From positions 1-50,694 of the forward strand of contig CAVOEM010000001.1 in assembly GCA_963694575.1 (NCBI GenBank): a DNA stretch of 50,694 nucleotides. Reading direction: 5' to 3'. The notes beneath the pieces are model-generated. The model saw only the letters and a list, made by a program, of their open reading frames with translations. It did no database searches and was not told the DNA's origin. Positions 42,711 to 50,694 of this stretch are shown here, in pieces. Each line of letters begins with the position of its first letter. Position 1 is the first letter of the stretch. The position numbers were made by a program, and so were the translations under genes. This DNA comes from Planctomycetes bacterium UBA1146 (GTDB lineage: Bacteria; Planctomycetota; UBA8108; UBA1146).

Positions 42711-43993
42711 TGGTCATGCTGTTGCTGTCACTGCTGGCGTTGACCATCGTCCAGGATCCTCCGCCGTCGGTGCCCACTCCCTCTCCTGCGGTCACCGACG
42801 AGAAGGAGCAGGGACCGCTCCTGGATGAACCTCTGCGCCGTCTGGCTCTCTCTCTTCGTCGAGCAGAGACTCCCCCTGAGGATCGGACCAATCGCTTTGC
42901 CGACGACCCGGCTGCGGCGCAACTGGGCCAGTTGCTCTTCTCCGATGTGGAGTTATCGGGAGATGGAAAGATTTCCTGTGCCACCTGTCATCGTCCCGAT
43001 CAGCAACTGGTCGATGGCAAGACTCATCCGCGGGGGTTCAACCAGATCCCCCGCGACACCCCGACCCTCCATGATGTGGCGGGCCATCGCTGGTGGGGAT
43101 GGGATGGGCGCTGGGATTCACTCTGGATGCAGGCTCTCGGCCCGATCGAGGAGGTCGATGAGATGGCCGGCGATCGCCTCCAGGTGCTGCGTCATCTGGC
43201 GGCGACGAAAGAGTTGTTGCAGCGATATCAGGCGATCTTTGGAGCTCTTCCCGACCTGGCCTCTCTTCCCGAGAGAGCGATCGAGGCGGGAGAAGCGACA
43301 ACCGGGTGGAAGGCGTTGTCGGAGGCGCGTCGCCGACAGTTGAATCGAGCTTTCACCAACATCGGCAAGGCGATCGCTGCCTACGAGCGAACGCTGCGCG
43401 GTCCCGCGACTCCCTTTGATCATTACCTGGAGGCACTGGCAGCCAGCGATTCGCAGGTGGCCGCTGAATATCCCATCTCTGCACGGAGGGGATTGATACT
43501 GTTCCTCGGCAAGGCGAAGTGCATCCGCTGCCATGGTGGTCCGATGTTGTCGGACGGAGAATTCCATGACACGGGGATTCTCACCAGTGGGCGCACCGCA
43601 CGAGATGCGGGTCGATACGGCGGGATCCAGGAGTTACGGGTCCATCCGTTTCGCAGTGGCGGGGAATACTCCGACGATCCACAGGGTGACCGTGCTTCGA
43701 GAACCGAGCGGCTCCAGCGAGACGCAGCGCTGTGGGGGGCATTTCGCACCTCTTCCCTCAGATATCTGGTCGGGACGGCGCCCTATTTTCACGACGGAGG
43801 GATGGCGGATCTGCGCTCGGTGATCCGTTTCTACACCTGGCGGCAAGGCGCCAGGCCTAGCGGAGCGGGCCATTCTCACCAGGGGGAGACGATGTTGACC
43901 CGCATCCCCCTGACCCGGCAAGAAGAGGACGATCTGATCCACTTTCTCGAAAGCTTGTCCGCCGTGGAATCCTCCCCGACTCCCGATGACTAG
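42707..43993 (+). CDS. di-heme cytochrome c peroxidase / MauG superfamily enzyme
   Basis: ATGA overlap with the preceding gene. Signal MMVMLLLSLLALTIV. Two heme-c motifs, CATCH and CIRCH. Conserved WWGWDGRWDSLWMQALGP and PYFHDGG. The track ORF (42383) is over-extended. Confidence 0.85.
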   Translation: MMVMLLLSLLALTIVQDPPPSVPTPSPAVTDEKEQGPLLDEPLRRLALSLRRAETPPEDRTNRFADDPAAAQLGQLLFSDVELSGDGKISCATCHRPDQQLVDGKTHPRGFNQIPRDTPTLHDVAGHRWWGWDGRWDSLWMQALGPIEEVDEMAGDRLQVLRHLAATKELLQRYQAIFGALPDLASLPERAIEAGEATTGWKALSEARRRQLNRAFTNIGKAIAAYERTLRGPATPFDHYLEALAASDSQVAAEYPISARRGLILFLGKAKCIRCHGGPMLSDGEFHDTGILTSGRTARDAGRYGGIQELRVHPFRSGGEYSDDPQGDRASRTERLQRDAALWGAFRTSSLRYLVGTAPYFHDGGMADLRSVIRFYTWRQGARPSGAGHSHQGETMLTRIPLTRQEEDDLIHFLESLSAVESSPTPDD

Positions 43994-44100
43994 GGTGTGA
44001 GAGGTGGTTCTCAGGGCATATAATGGACCGATACCGTCAAGGTCCCGCTAGTTACTCATCTCGAGTGCCCTTTCGGGGGCGACTTTTCACGGAGGCTTCC

Positions 44101-46542
44101 ATGTCCACCTCATTCAGAACTCACTGGATGCTGATCATTTGCATCACTTGCACCATCTTTGGTGGCTTGATCGCAATCGGTCACGATAACGACCCCAAGG
44201 CGAGAGATCGTCAGCCTCCCTACACCGGTCCGGGGTATCGCAGCGCGCTGCCAGGGCCACAGCCGTTCGGTCCGGTCGGGGGATTCCCTTCCGATGGAAT
44301 CAACTTGCAGGCGTGGATCCCCTTGCCCGAGATGCAAGCGGGCATCTCCAGCGGCAACGATTGCTGGGGCTACACTTCTCCCAGCGGGCGTGAGTATGCA
44401 CTGATGGGGCATTCCAGTGGTACTACGGTGATCGAGGTCACCAATCCAGGAAACCCCAACATCCTCGGAACCATCACCGGTCCCAACAGTCTCTGGCGAG
44501 ATGTGAAGACTTATCAGAACTTCGCCTATGCGGTTTCCGAAGGGGGCGGTGGGATCCAGGTCATCGACCTTTCCGATGTGGATAACGGTAATATCCCCCT
44601 GACCAACACCATCACCACCGGGGGAGGACTCTCCTCGCACAATGTCGCCATCGATACCGATTCGGGTTACCTGTACCGATGTGGTGGTGGCGGCAACGGA
44701 CTGCGCTTTTACAACCTCATCAATCCGGGCACTCCGCAGTTCGAGGGCAGCTGGACCGATCGATATGTGCATGATGCTCAGATCGTCGAGATGCAGGCGG
44801 GTCCCTTCGCCGGCAGCCAGGTGGCGTTTCTCTGTACCGGCAATGGTCCGGTGAGTTTCGATATCCTCGATATCACCAACAAGGCTAACGTCATACTGCT
44901 GGGACAGTTGATCTATCCGGGTGGGGCCTACAGCCACCAGGGATGGTTGTCCCCCGATCAGCAGTACTTCTACCTCGGAGATGAGCTAGACGAGGGGCCA
45001 GGGGTTCCGACCAAGACTTTCGTGATCGATGTTTCCGATCTGACCAATCCGGTCCTGATGGATGAATACACCAACGGCAACAGTGCCATCGGCCACAACA
45101 TCTACACCGTCGATAATCTGGTCTACGAGGCGAATTATCGCAGTGGACTTCGTATCCTCGACGGATCGAACCCTCTCAACATGACCGAGGTCGCCTACTT
45201 CGACACTTACCCCGCCGATGACAACAGTAACTTCAACGGTCTGTGGAGCGTTTACCCCTACTTCCCCAGCGGCACCATCATCGGTAGTGACCTGGAGCGG
45301 GGTCTGTTTGTCTGGTCGATAGGGGCGACTCCTTTGACCTTCTCTTATCCGGCAGGATTGCCGGACCAGCTCAATCCCTTTGGTGACAGCCTGACGCTTC
45401 AGATCGTCCCGGGATCGGGCTTCGTGATCGATACCCAGAGCACGACGCTGTGGTTCAACGATGGAAGCGGCTGGATGTCGAGCCTGATGAATCAGGTGGC
45501 CCCTGGCAGTGTCGAGTACCTCGCTCTCTTCCCCGCCTTTGATTGTGGTACCGATGTGCAATGGTATGTCGAAGCCAGCGTGATCGGTGGTGGAGCCACC
45601 ACCGACCCGCCAGCGGCACCGGTTTCCTTTTACAGTGCTCCCGCGATGCTGGGGGTCGATACACTCCTGTCCGACGACATGGAACAGGATCCAGGCTGGA
45701 CCGTCGGGGCGGCTGGCGATAATGCCACCACAGGAGTCTGGACGCGGGTGGCCCCGATCGGCACTGCAGCGCAGCCTTCCGCGGATCATTCGGTGGTCGG
45801 CACCAACTGCTGGGTCACAGGCCAGGGCAGTGCCGGTGGGGCTCTCGGTGAGAATGATGTCGACGGCGGCGTGACCACGCTGATCTCCCCCAATTACGAT
45901 CTTTCCGCAGCCAACAGTCCGATCATCAGTTACTGGCGCTGGTTCTCCAACAACAGTGGAGCCGGCCCGGGAACCGATACTTTCCGCGTCGATATCAGTG
46001 CCAACGGAGGTACTACATGGACCTCGGTGGAAGTGATCGGCCCGACCGGCAACTTCACTTCTGGAGGTTGGTTTCAACATCAGTTCCAGGTCGAGGATTT
46101 TGTGGCATTGACCGCGACGGTGCGCCTGCGGTTCCAGGCCGAGGATGTGGCCGCAGCTTCGATCGTCGAGGCTGCCGTCGATGATCTGGTGGTGGGCGAA
46201 CTGTTCTGCAACGACTGCAACGGCAATGGCGTCGCAGACGATCAGGATATTGCCAGTGGCACCAGTCAGGACTCCAATAACGATGGGTTCCCCGACGAAT
46301 GTCAGTGCACTCCCTGGGTCCGAGGTGAACTCAACGACGACGGCAACATCGATCTCTCCGATGCGGTGACCCTGTTGATCTACCTCTTCAGTGGCGGCCC
46401 GACCCCTGATCCTGAAGGTCGCGGAGACGTCAACGATTCGGGCCAGATCGATGTGGCCGATGTGATCTACCTGGTCGAGTACCTGTTTGCCGCTGGATCA
46501 CCGCCACCGGCGCCCTTCCCCAATCCGGGAGGCTGCCCCTAG
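44101..46542 (+). CDS. secreted LVIVD-repeat beta-propeller (choice-of-anchor-B-like) plus jelly-roll domain, with short C-terminal dockerin-like/Cys-Pro module
   Basis: ATG 44101 follows GGAGG. TM/signal WMLIICITCTIFGGLIAIG. CWGYTSPSGREYA, LWRDVKTYQNFAYAVSEGGGGIQVIDLSD, SHQGWLSPDQQYFYLGDELDE and GHNIYTVDNLVYEANYRSGLRILD match my recollection of the choice-of-anchor B/LVIVD family. One CNDCNGNGVADDQD repeat. 75-aa tail WVRGELNDDG..PFPNPGGCP. Confidence 0.8.
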   Translation: MSTSFRTHWMLIICITCTIFGGLIAIGHDNDPKARDRQPPYTGPGYRSALPGPQPFGPVGGFPSDGINLQAWIPLPEMQAGISSGNDCWGYTSPSGREYALMGHSSGTTVIEVTNPGNPNILGTITGPNSLWRDVKTYQNFAYAVSEGGGGIQVIDLSDVDNGNIPLTNTITTGGGLSSHNVAIDTDSGYLYRCGGGGNGLRFYNLINPGTPQFEGSWTDRYVHDAQIVEMQAGPFAGSQVAFLCTGNGPVSFDILDITNKANVILLGQLIYPGGAYSHQGWLSPDQQYFYLGDELDEGPGVPTKTFVIDVSDLTNPVLMDEYTNGNSAIGHNIYTVDNLVYEANYRSGLRILDGSNPLNMTEVAYFDTYPADDNSNFNGLWSVYPYFPSGTIIGSDLERGLFVWSIGATPLTFSYPAGLPDQLNPFGDSLTLQIVPGSGFVIDTQSTTLWFNDGSGWMSSLMNQVAPGSVEYLALFPAFDCGTDVQWYVEASVIGGGATTDPPAAPVSFYSAPAMLGVDTLLSDDMEQDPGWTVGAAGDNATTGVWTRVAPIGTAAQPSADHSVVGTNCWVTGQGSAGGALGENDVDGGVTTLISPNYDLSAANSPIISYWRWFSNNSGAGPGTDTFRVDISANGGTTWTSVEVIGPTGNFTSGGWFQHQFQVEDFVALTATVRLRFQAEDVAAASIVEAAVDDLVVGELFCNDCNGNGVADDQDIASGTSQDSNNDGFPDECQCTPWVRGELNDDGNIDLSDAVTLLIYLFSGGPTPDPEGRGDVNDSGQIDVADVIYLVEYLFAAGSPPPAPFPNPGGCP

Positions 46543-46571
46543 GAGACGATGGGTTCGTGAGCAAGGGGGGA

Positions 46572-46685
46572 TAGATCGAGCGCTGTGGTAGATCGAGCGC
46601 TGTGGTAGATCGAGCGCTGTGGTAGATCGAGCGCTGTGGTAGATCGAGCGCTGTGGTAGATCGAGCGCTGTGATAGATCGAGCAC
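46572..46685. repeat. 17-bp tandem repeat x6.7 (TAGATCGAGCGCTGTGG)
   Basis: Five perfect copies, one with a single change, and one partial. Begins 30 nt after the stop of the 44101 gene. Each unit contains the palindrome AGCGCT. Confidence 0.95.
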
Positions 46686-46733
46686 ACCCTGCTGGAGAAG
46701 GCTTAACTCTCGTTTTTACCTCAGCATATTTTT

Positions 46734-46776
46734 CTCGAACGCTTTTTTCGCTCAATGGGCGAGGGAAGCGTTCGAG
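46734..46776 (+). terminator. long hairpin (11-bp perfect stem CTCGAACGCTT / AAGCGTTCGAG) followed by a T-rich tract
   Basis: The stem arms are separated by 21 nt, followed by TCAATTTTATAT. Lies downstream of the repeat array, in an AT-rich gap. Confidence 0.5.
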
Positions 46777-47007
46777 TCAATTTTATATCTCACTTTCTCT
46801 ACAGGGGCATCTCGAACTAAAGCAAGAATCGGTGTCCGTCGCATCGCTGCCGCTCCATCACGAATTCACAGAATCTGAAGTATCTCAAAAGAGGTGTTTT
46901 CAGAGCGTAGAGATGACCATTGAACTTCCATATAATTGCTCTCTTCAGGTGATGGTGCACTCGATTTGCACATGTATAGCGGATTCCAATAATAGGATTT
47001 AACCAGC

Positions 47008-50000
47008 ATGATGATTCCCTGCTCTTCAGCGATGCCGACTTCGAAGATCTACCCCAAAGATAGAGATAGAGGCGGAGTTCTTTTCTTTGCCATCGCCTTG
47101 TTTATTGCGGGGTGGGTCACTCCTTTCGCCTATGCGCAGACGGGGTCGGGCCCCGTGAAAGTCTTTATTCTGGCGGGGCAATCGAACATGGAGGGGCATG
47201 GTGAAATCAGCCCGATCGGAACACCGGGGACGCTCGAATACAGTTTGAGTAACAATCCTACGATGTATGGGCACCTTACCGACGGTACCAACTGGGTTGA
47301 GCGAAACGATGTATGGATCTGGTACAACCGTGGGGGCACCACAGTCGTGAGTGGTCATCTGACAGCGGGCTATGGCGCATCGGATACAACGATGGGTCCA
47401 GAACTACAGTGGGGTCATGCTCTTGGAGATCTCTATGACGAACCGGTGCTGTTGATCAAAACCGCATGGGGCGGAAAGAGCTTGGCGGTTGATTTCAGAC
47501 CCCCGAGTTCGGGCTGGAGTGTCAATCCTCCGGTGGCACCCGGGGATCAGGGTTACTACTACCAAGAGGTGTTGGATACGGTCAGTGATGTTTTGACGAA
47601 TCTGCAGAGCTACTTCCCCGACTATAATGGTCAAGGTTATGAGCTGGTCGGATTGGGTTGGCATCAGGGCTGGAACGATCGTGTGAATCAATCCTACAAC
47701 GATGAGTACGAACAAAATCTAGAGAACTTTATCCAAGACATCCGGGTGGATTTGGCGACTCCCAATCTTCCATTTGTCCTCGCGACTACCGGCATGTCGG
47801 GGTGGAGCGAGACACACCCCCGGGCGCTCTCGTTGATGGCTGCGCAGTTGGCGATGGAAGATTTCAGCGTCTATCCGCAGTTCGAGGGAAATGTGGCAGT
47901 CGTGGAAACCCGCGACTTCTGGCGCGATGCCGCGGTCTCACCGGCAGATCAGTCGTATCACTGGAATCGCAATGCCGAGACCTATTTCCTGATCGGCGCC
48001 GCCATGGCTCAGGAAATGAACCTGTTGCTCAATCCGCCAAGCGGATCTGAAACCATCGACGCGGTCTACTTTGGCCAGACTCATGTCAAGAAACCGACCG
48101 ATCCCTACTTTGGTTTGGTCAGTCAAAGGGAAGCGCTCATCAAAGTCCATGTGGTGGATCCTACCACCCCTGCGGCACCACCGGTGACCGCAGTGCTCAA
48201 CCTCAACGGACAATCGATGAGTTTGAATCTCAGCGGCCCTGCGACGCTGCCCGCTTCCATCGCCGACGGCCCCGGTGTGGTACAGCACAATTTCGATAAC
48301 AGTTTCACGGCCACCATCCCTGCGGATTGGGTGCAGCCCGGTTTGCAGGTGACGATCAATGCTGGGACCGCCAGCACCTCGGTGACCAATCTGCAGATCG
48401 GTGCACCGAATCGGATGATCATGACGATGTTTGATGTGCAGTATTTCTCAGAGACCAATGGTGATTACCCGGCAGGGACTTTCGAAGAGCTTGAATCGAA
48501 GTGGCCGATTTCCGATTTGGAAATGCGCCGTTTGGAGAACGTGGTGTTTCCAGAGCTGGTCATTCCGCCACGGGCGAATCTGCCCGCTGCCCGGGTGAAA
48601 TCACAGGCGGAGTATCTGGAGCAGACGGGTCAGCCCTTTGATGGCGAGCAAGCGGCGGCCTTGGCCTGGAACGGGGCCTTGAGACGCGCCGGAGGTCGCT
48701 CTAGCTGTTACTCCCTTTCCTACATCAACATCTATGGGGTCAACGCCGGCGGACAGGCGGGCGGTTGTGCCGGAGTGGGCAACGGAACTTCCCAAGGAGT
48801 CCTGATTCATGAATTGGGACACGCCCTCTCCCTTCCCCATTGGGCCAACGATCCCAACTATCCTTATGTCGGCAGCATGTTCGGCATCGATATTCCTGGA
48901 ACCAACAACTTCCATGCGGGTCCGACATGGGCCTTTGATGCCCCGAGCCAGACCTTCATTCCACCGACGGTACAGCCCAACAATGTTGGCTTTCAGCAGC
49001 CGGGGACCTACAAGGTGGATCCGATGCAGGGGGGTGGAAATGGGTTTCAGGAGCCTCCGTTCCTGATGAATCACTTCTCGGATTACTCGATGAACCAGAT
49101 GCGAAACTACCTCGAAGGAAATCTGGTCGTCTGGAATGACAGCCTCGGTCAGTACGCCACCTGGAATCAGGGCACCGCCGATTACACGAACATCGTTTCC
49201 AATAACGGCATCCAATTCCCCCTCGAACGTCATCAACAGGTCTACAGCGTGATGGCATCCGTGTCGGGGGCGAATCCTACCGTCAACATGGCGTACCCGC
49301 CGATCGGTCCCTACACCGGAGGCCTGATTCAGCTATTCGATCCGACGAGTGCCGACGATCGAGCGTTGGCACAGGCGATCTTTGCCCCCTCCGGGGGCTG
49401 TGATGTTTGTGTCAGAGTCACACAGGGCGGCATCGTCAAGACCTATATGTTGGCGGCCTCATGGGAGCCAGGCATCGATCCACTTCAAGGGAACAGTCTT
49501 CGAACCGAAGCGATCAATTTGCCCGCAGCTGCTGGAGAAATCACCCGTATTCAGTTGTTGCTCACGCCCGATGCGGAAATCAATGGTCTTCCGACCGACC
49601 CCGAGATTCTTTTTACCTGGGCGAAGGTGACTCCCGATCCTGCGGCCTTTGATTTGGCTCCGACGGCCGGAAGTTCGTCAGCCATCACTATGAGAGCCGT
49701 TTCTGGAACGAGCAGTACAGGAGAGCCCCTTGAATATCTCTTCACAGAGATGAGTGGGAATCCGGGTGCGACTTCGAGTGGCTGGCAGCCGAGTGCCGCC
49801 TACACCGATATCGGACTGCAGCCGGCGACTCCATACTCATATCTTGTGACGATGCGTTCAGGTCTCTATGAAACCGATCCATCCGACATCCACTTTGCGA
49901 CGACTCATCCTTCAGGTGTATCAGGAGTGATCACGGTGGAGGCTACCGCTCAATTCGCGATGCAGAATGGCGATGGGCTCAATGCTGTGACAGGTCTCGC

Positions 50001-50694
50001 TGGATTTGATGCGGCGGGTGCTGACAAGCTGGTGGTGACCCTTGGCACGGAACATGGATTCAACAACGGAGATGGTTACGTTTTCGATGTTCGCTACTCC
50101 GGTCAAATCATGACGGAAGTGATTCAGGAGGATGCCGCTGGAGAAAATGGTACGGCTGCTATCTTTTATTTGGATCATCCCGGCCCGATAGGAAATGGAA
50201 CCATCGAAGTTTCTGCGTCGAATCCCAATGGCGGTATCGGTGCGGCTTATGCCTTGTCCGGCACTGCGCAGGGTTACGGGGCCAGCAACTCCAACACGGG
50301 GAATACGGTGAACTCTGTCAGTCTCACTACCTCGGGCGAAAACTCACTTCTCATCGCGGCTCTCGAAAACTCGGGAACTCCGAATACTGCGGGGACTCCA
50401 ACGGCCAACGCTCCGATATCTCAAGTCGCTAGCGGTTTTTGGGGAAGTCAGTGGGGCAGTCATGCCTCGGGCTACCTACAGGTGTCTATTCCGAGCATGG
50501 TCACGCCGACCTTTTCTACCAACACCGGGGTGGACTACAGCATCAACGTGGTCGCTGCAGAGTTTCTGGCACAGGTCACTGTTTCACAGGAGATTTTCAA
50601 ACGAGGCGATTGTAATACAGATGGGATCTTCAATATTGCGGATGCCGTGTGCGGATTGGATTACCTCTTTGGGGGTGGGGGCGCGACCTGCCTC
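47008..50694 (+). CDS. large secreted fusion protein: sialate O-acetylesterase-like (SASA/DUF303) domain plus M66-like zinc metalloprotease domain plus Ig/jelly-roll-like regions plus dockerin-like module (3' end beyond window)
   Basis: Not in the ORF track (no stop). Hand translation is open for 1229 codons. Signal GVLFFAIALFIAGWVTPFAYAQ. VKVFILAGQSNMEGHG, LLIKTAWGGKSL, GLGWHQGWND (SASA). GVLIHELGHALSLPHW (HExxHxxxxxH at 48808). Ends in FKRGDCNTDGIFNIADAVCGLDYLFGGGGATCL. Confidence 0.8.
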   Translation, partial: MMIPCSSAMPTSKIYPKDRDRGGVLFFAIALFIAGWVTPFAYAQTGSGPVKVFILAGQSNMEGHGEISPIGTPGTLEYSLSNNPTMYGHLTDGTNWVERNDVWIWYNRGGTTVVSGHLTAGYGASDTTMGPELQWGHALGDLYDEPVLLIKTAWGGKSLAVDFRPPSSGWSVNPPVAPGDQGYYYQEVLDTVSDVLTNLQSYFPDYNGQGYELVGLGWHQGWNDRVNQSYNDEYEQNLENFIQDIRVDLATPNLPFVLATTGMSGWSETHPRALSLMAAQLAMEDFSVYPQFEGNVAVVETRDFWRDAAVSPADQSYHWNRNAETYFLIGAAMAQEMNLLLNPPSGSETIDAVYFGQTHVKKPTDPYFGLVSQREALIKVHVVDPTTPAAPPVTAVLNLNGQSMSLNLSGPATLPASIADGPGVVQHNFDNSFTATIPADWVQPGLQVTINAGTASTSVTNLQIGAPNRMIMTMFDVQYFSETNGDYPAGTFEELESKWPISDLEMRRLENVVFPELVIPPRANLPAARVKSQAEYLEQTGQPFDGEQAAALAWNGALRRAGGRSSCYSLSYINIYGVNAGGQAGGCAGVGNGTSQGVLIHELGHALSLPHWANDPNYPYVGSMFGIDIPGTNNFHAGPTWAFDAPSQTFIPPTVQPNNVGFQQPGTYKVDPMQGGGNGFQEPPFLMNHFSDYSMNQMRNYLEGNLVVWNDSLGQYATWNQGTADYTNIVSNNGIQFPLERHQQVYSVMASVSGANPTVNMAYPPIGPYTGGLIQLFDPTSADDRALAQAIFAPSGGCDVCVRVTQGGIVKTYMLAASWEPGIDPLQGNSLRTEAINLPAAAGEITRIQLLLTPDAEINGLPTDPEILFTWAKVTPDPAAFDLAPTAGSSSAITMRAVSGTSSTGEPLEYLFTEMSGNPGATSSGWQPSAAYTDIGLQPATPYSYLVTMRSGLYETDPSDIHFATTHPSGVSGVITVEATAQFAMQNGDGLNAVTGLAGFDAAGADKLVVTLGTEHGFNNGDGYVFDVRYSGQIMTEVIQEDAAGENGTAAIFYLDHPGPIGNGTIEVSASNPNGGIGAAYALSGTAQGYGASNSNTGNTVNSVSLTTSGENSLLIAALENSGTPNTAGTPTANAPISQVASGFWGSQWGSHASGYLQVSIPSMVTPTFSTNTGVDYSINVVAAEFLAQVTVSQEIFKRGDCNTDGIFNIADAVCGLDYLFGGGGATCL

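Noticed and set aside
44110-46080. 275-aa and 364-aa minus ORFs opposite the LVIVD propeller gene
   Set aside because: Shadow ORFs. The plus frame has the family motifs, an RBS and a signal peptide.

Overview
GC-rich bacterial chromosome segment from a Gram-negative organism (lpxA, gmhA/gmhB). The domain repertoire (orphan RpoA-CTD/TPR protein, DCNGNG-type Cys/Asp repeats, dockerin-like tails, many large secreted proteins) looks like a marine Planctomycetota/PVC-type genome, but that is inference only. I call about 38 CDS, 2 tRNAs (Thr-CGT, His-GTG), several intrinsic terminators and five perfect short tandem-repeat arrays.

Housekeeping genes: partial MATE transporter, M14 carboxypeptidase, pgi, aminotransferase, gmhA-gmhB-chaN-like, yqaA-like, thiE, purM, dapF, lpxA plus a glycosyltransferase, MFS transporter, xerC/D, pabB, rcnA-like, uvrD/pcrA, ruvA, arfB.

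Two things stand out.
1. A TlpA/ResA-like thioredoxin-fold gene has an in-frame TGA sitting exactly on the first Cys of the CxxC motif, with a hairpin downstream. This is a candidate UxxC selenoprotein that the ORF track splits into two ORFs.
2. Five large secreted multidomain proteins share a roughly 75-92 aa C-terminal module. The proteins are a BNR-like propeller, a cysteine-less EPN/WND C-type lectin plus P-domain, an unknown domain plus DCNGNG repeats plus P-domain, a choice-of-anchor-B-like LVIVD propeller, and a SASA esterase plus M66-like protease. The module is two dockerin/EF-hand-like Ca loops followed by a Pro/Cys tail; the four complete copies end in the dipeptide Cys-Pro. It may be a surface-anchoring or assembly tag for a glycan/glycoprotein-targeting exoproteome.

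A translationally coupled NHL / YtkA-like / di-heme peroxidase operon is also notable.

Limits: two genes at the window edges are absent from the ORF track because they lack a stop in the window; I translated them by hand. Coordinates of non-ORF features were anchored to ORF-track frames and may be off by 1-2 nt. No database searches or folding programs were run.
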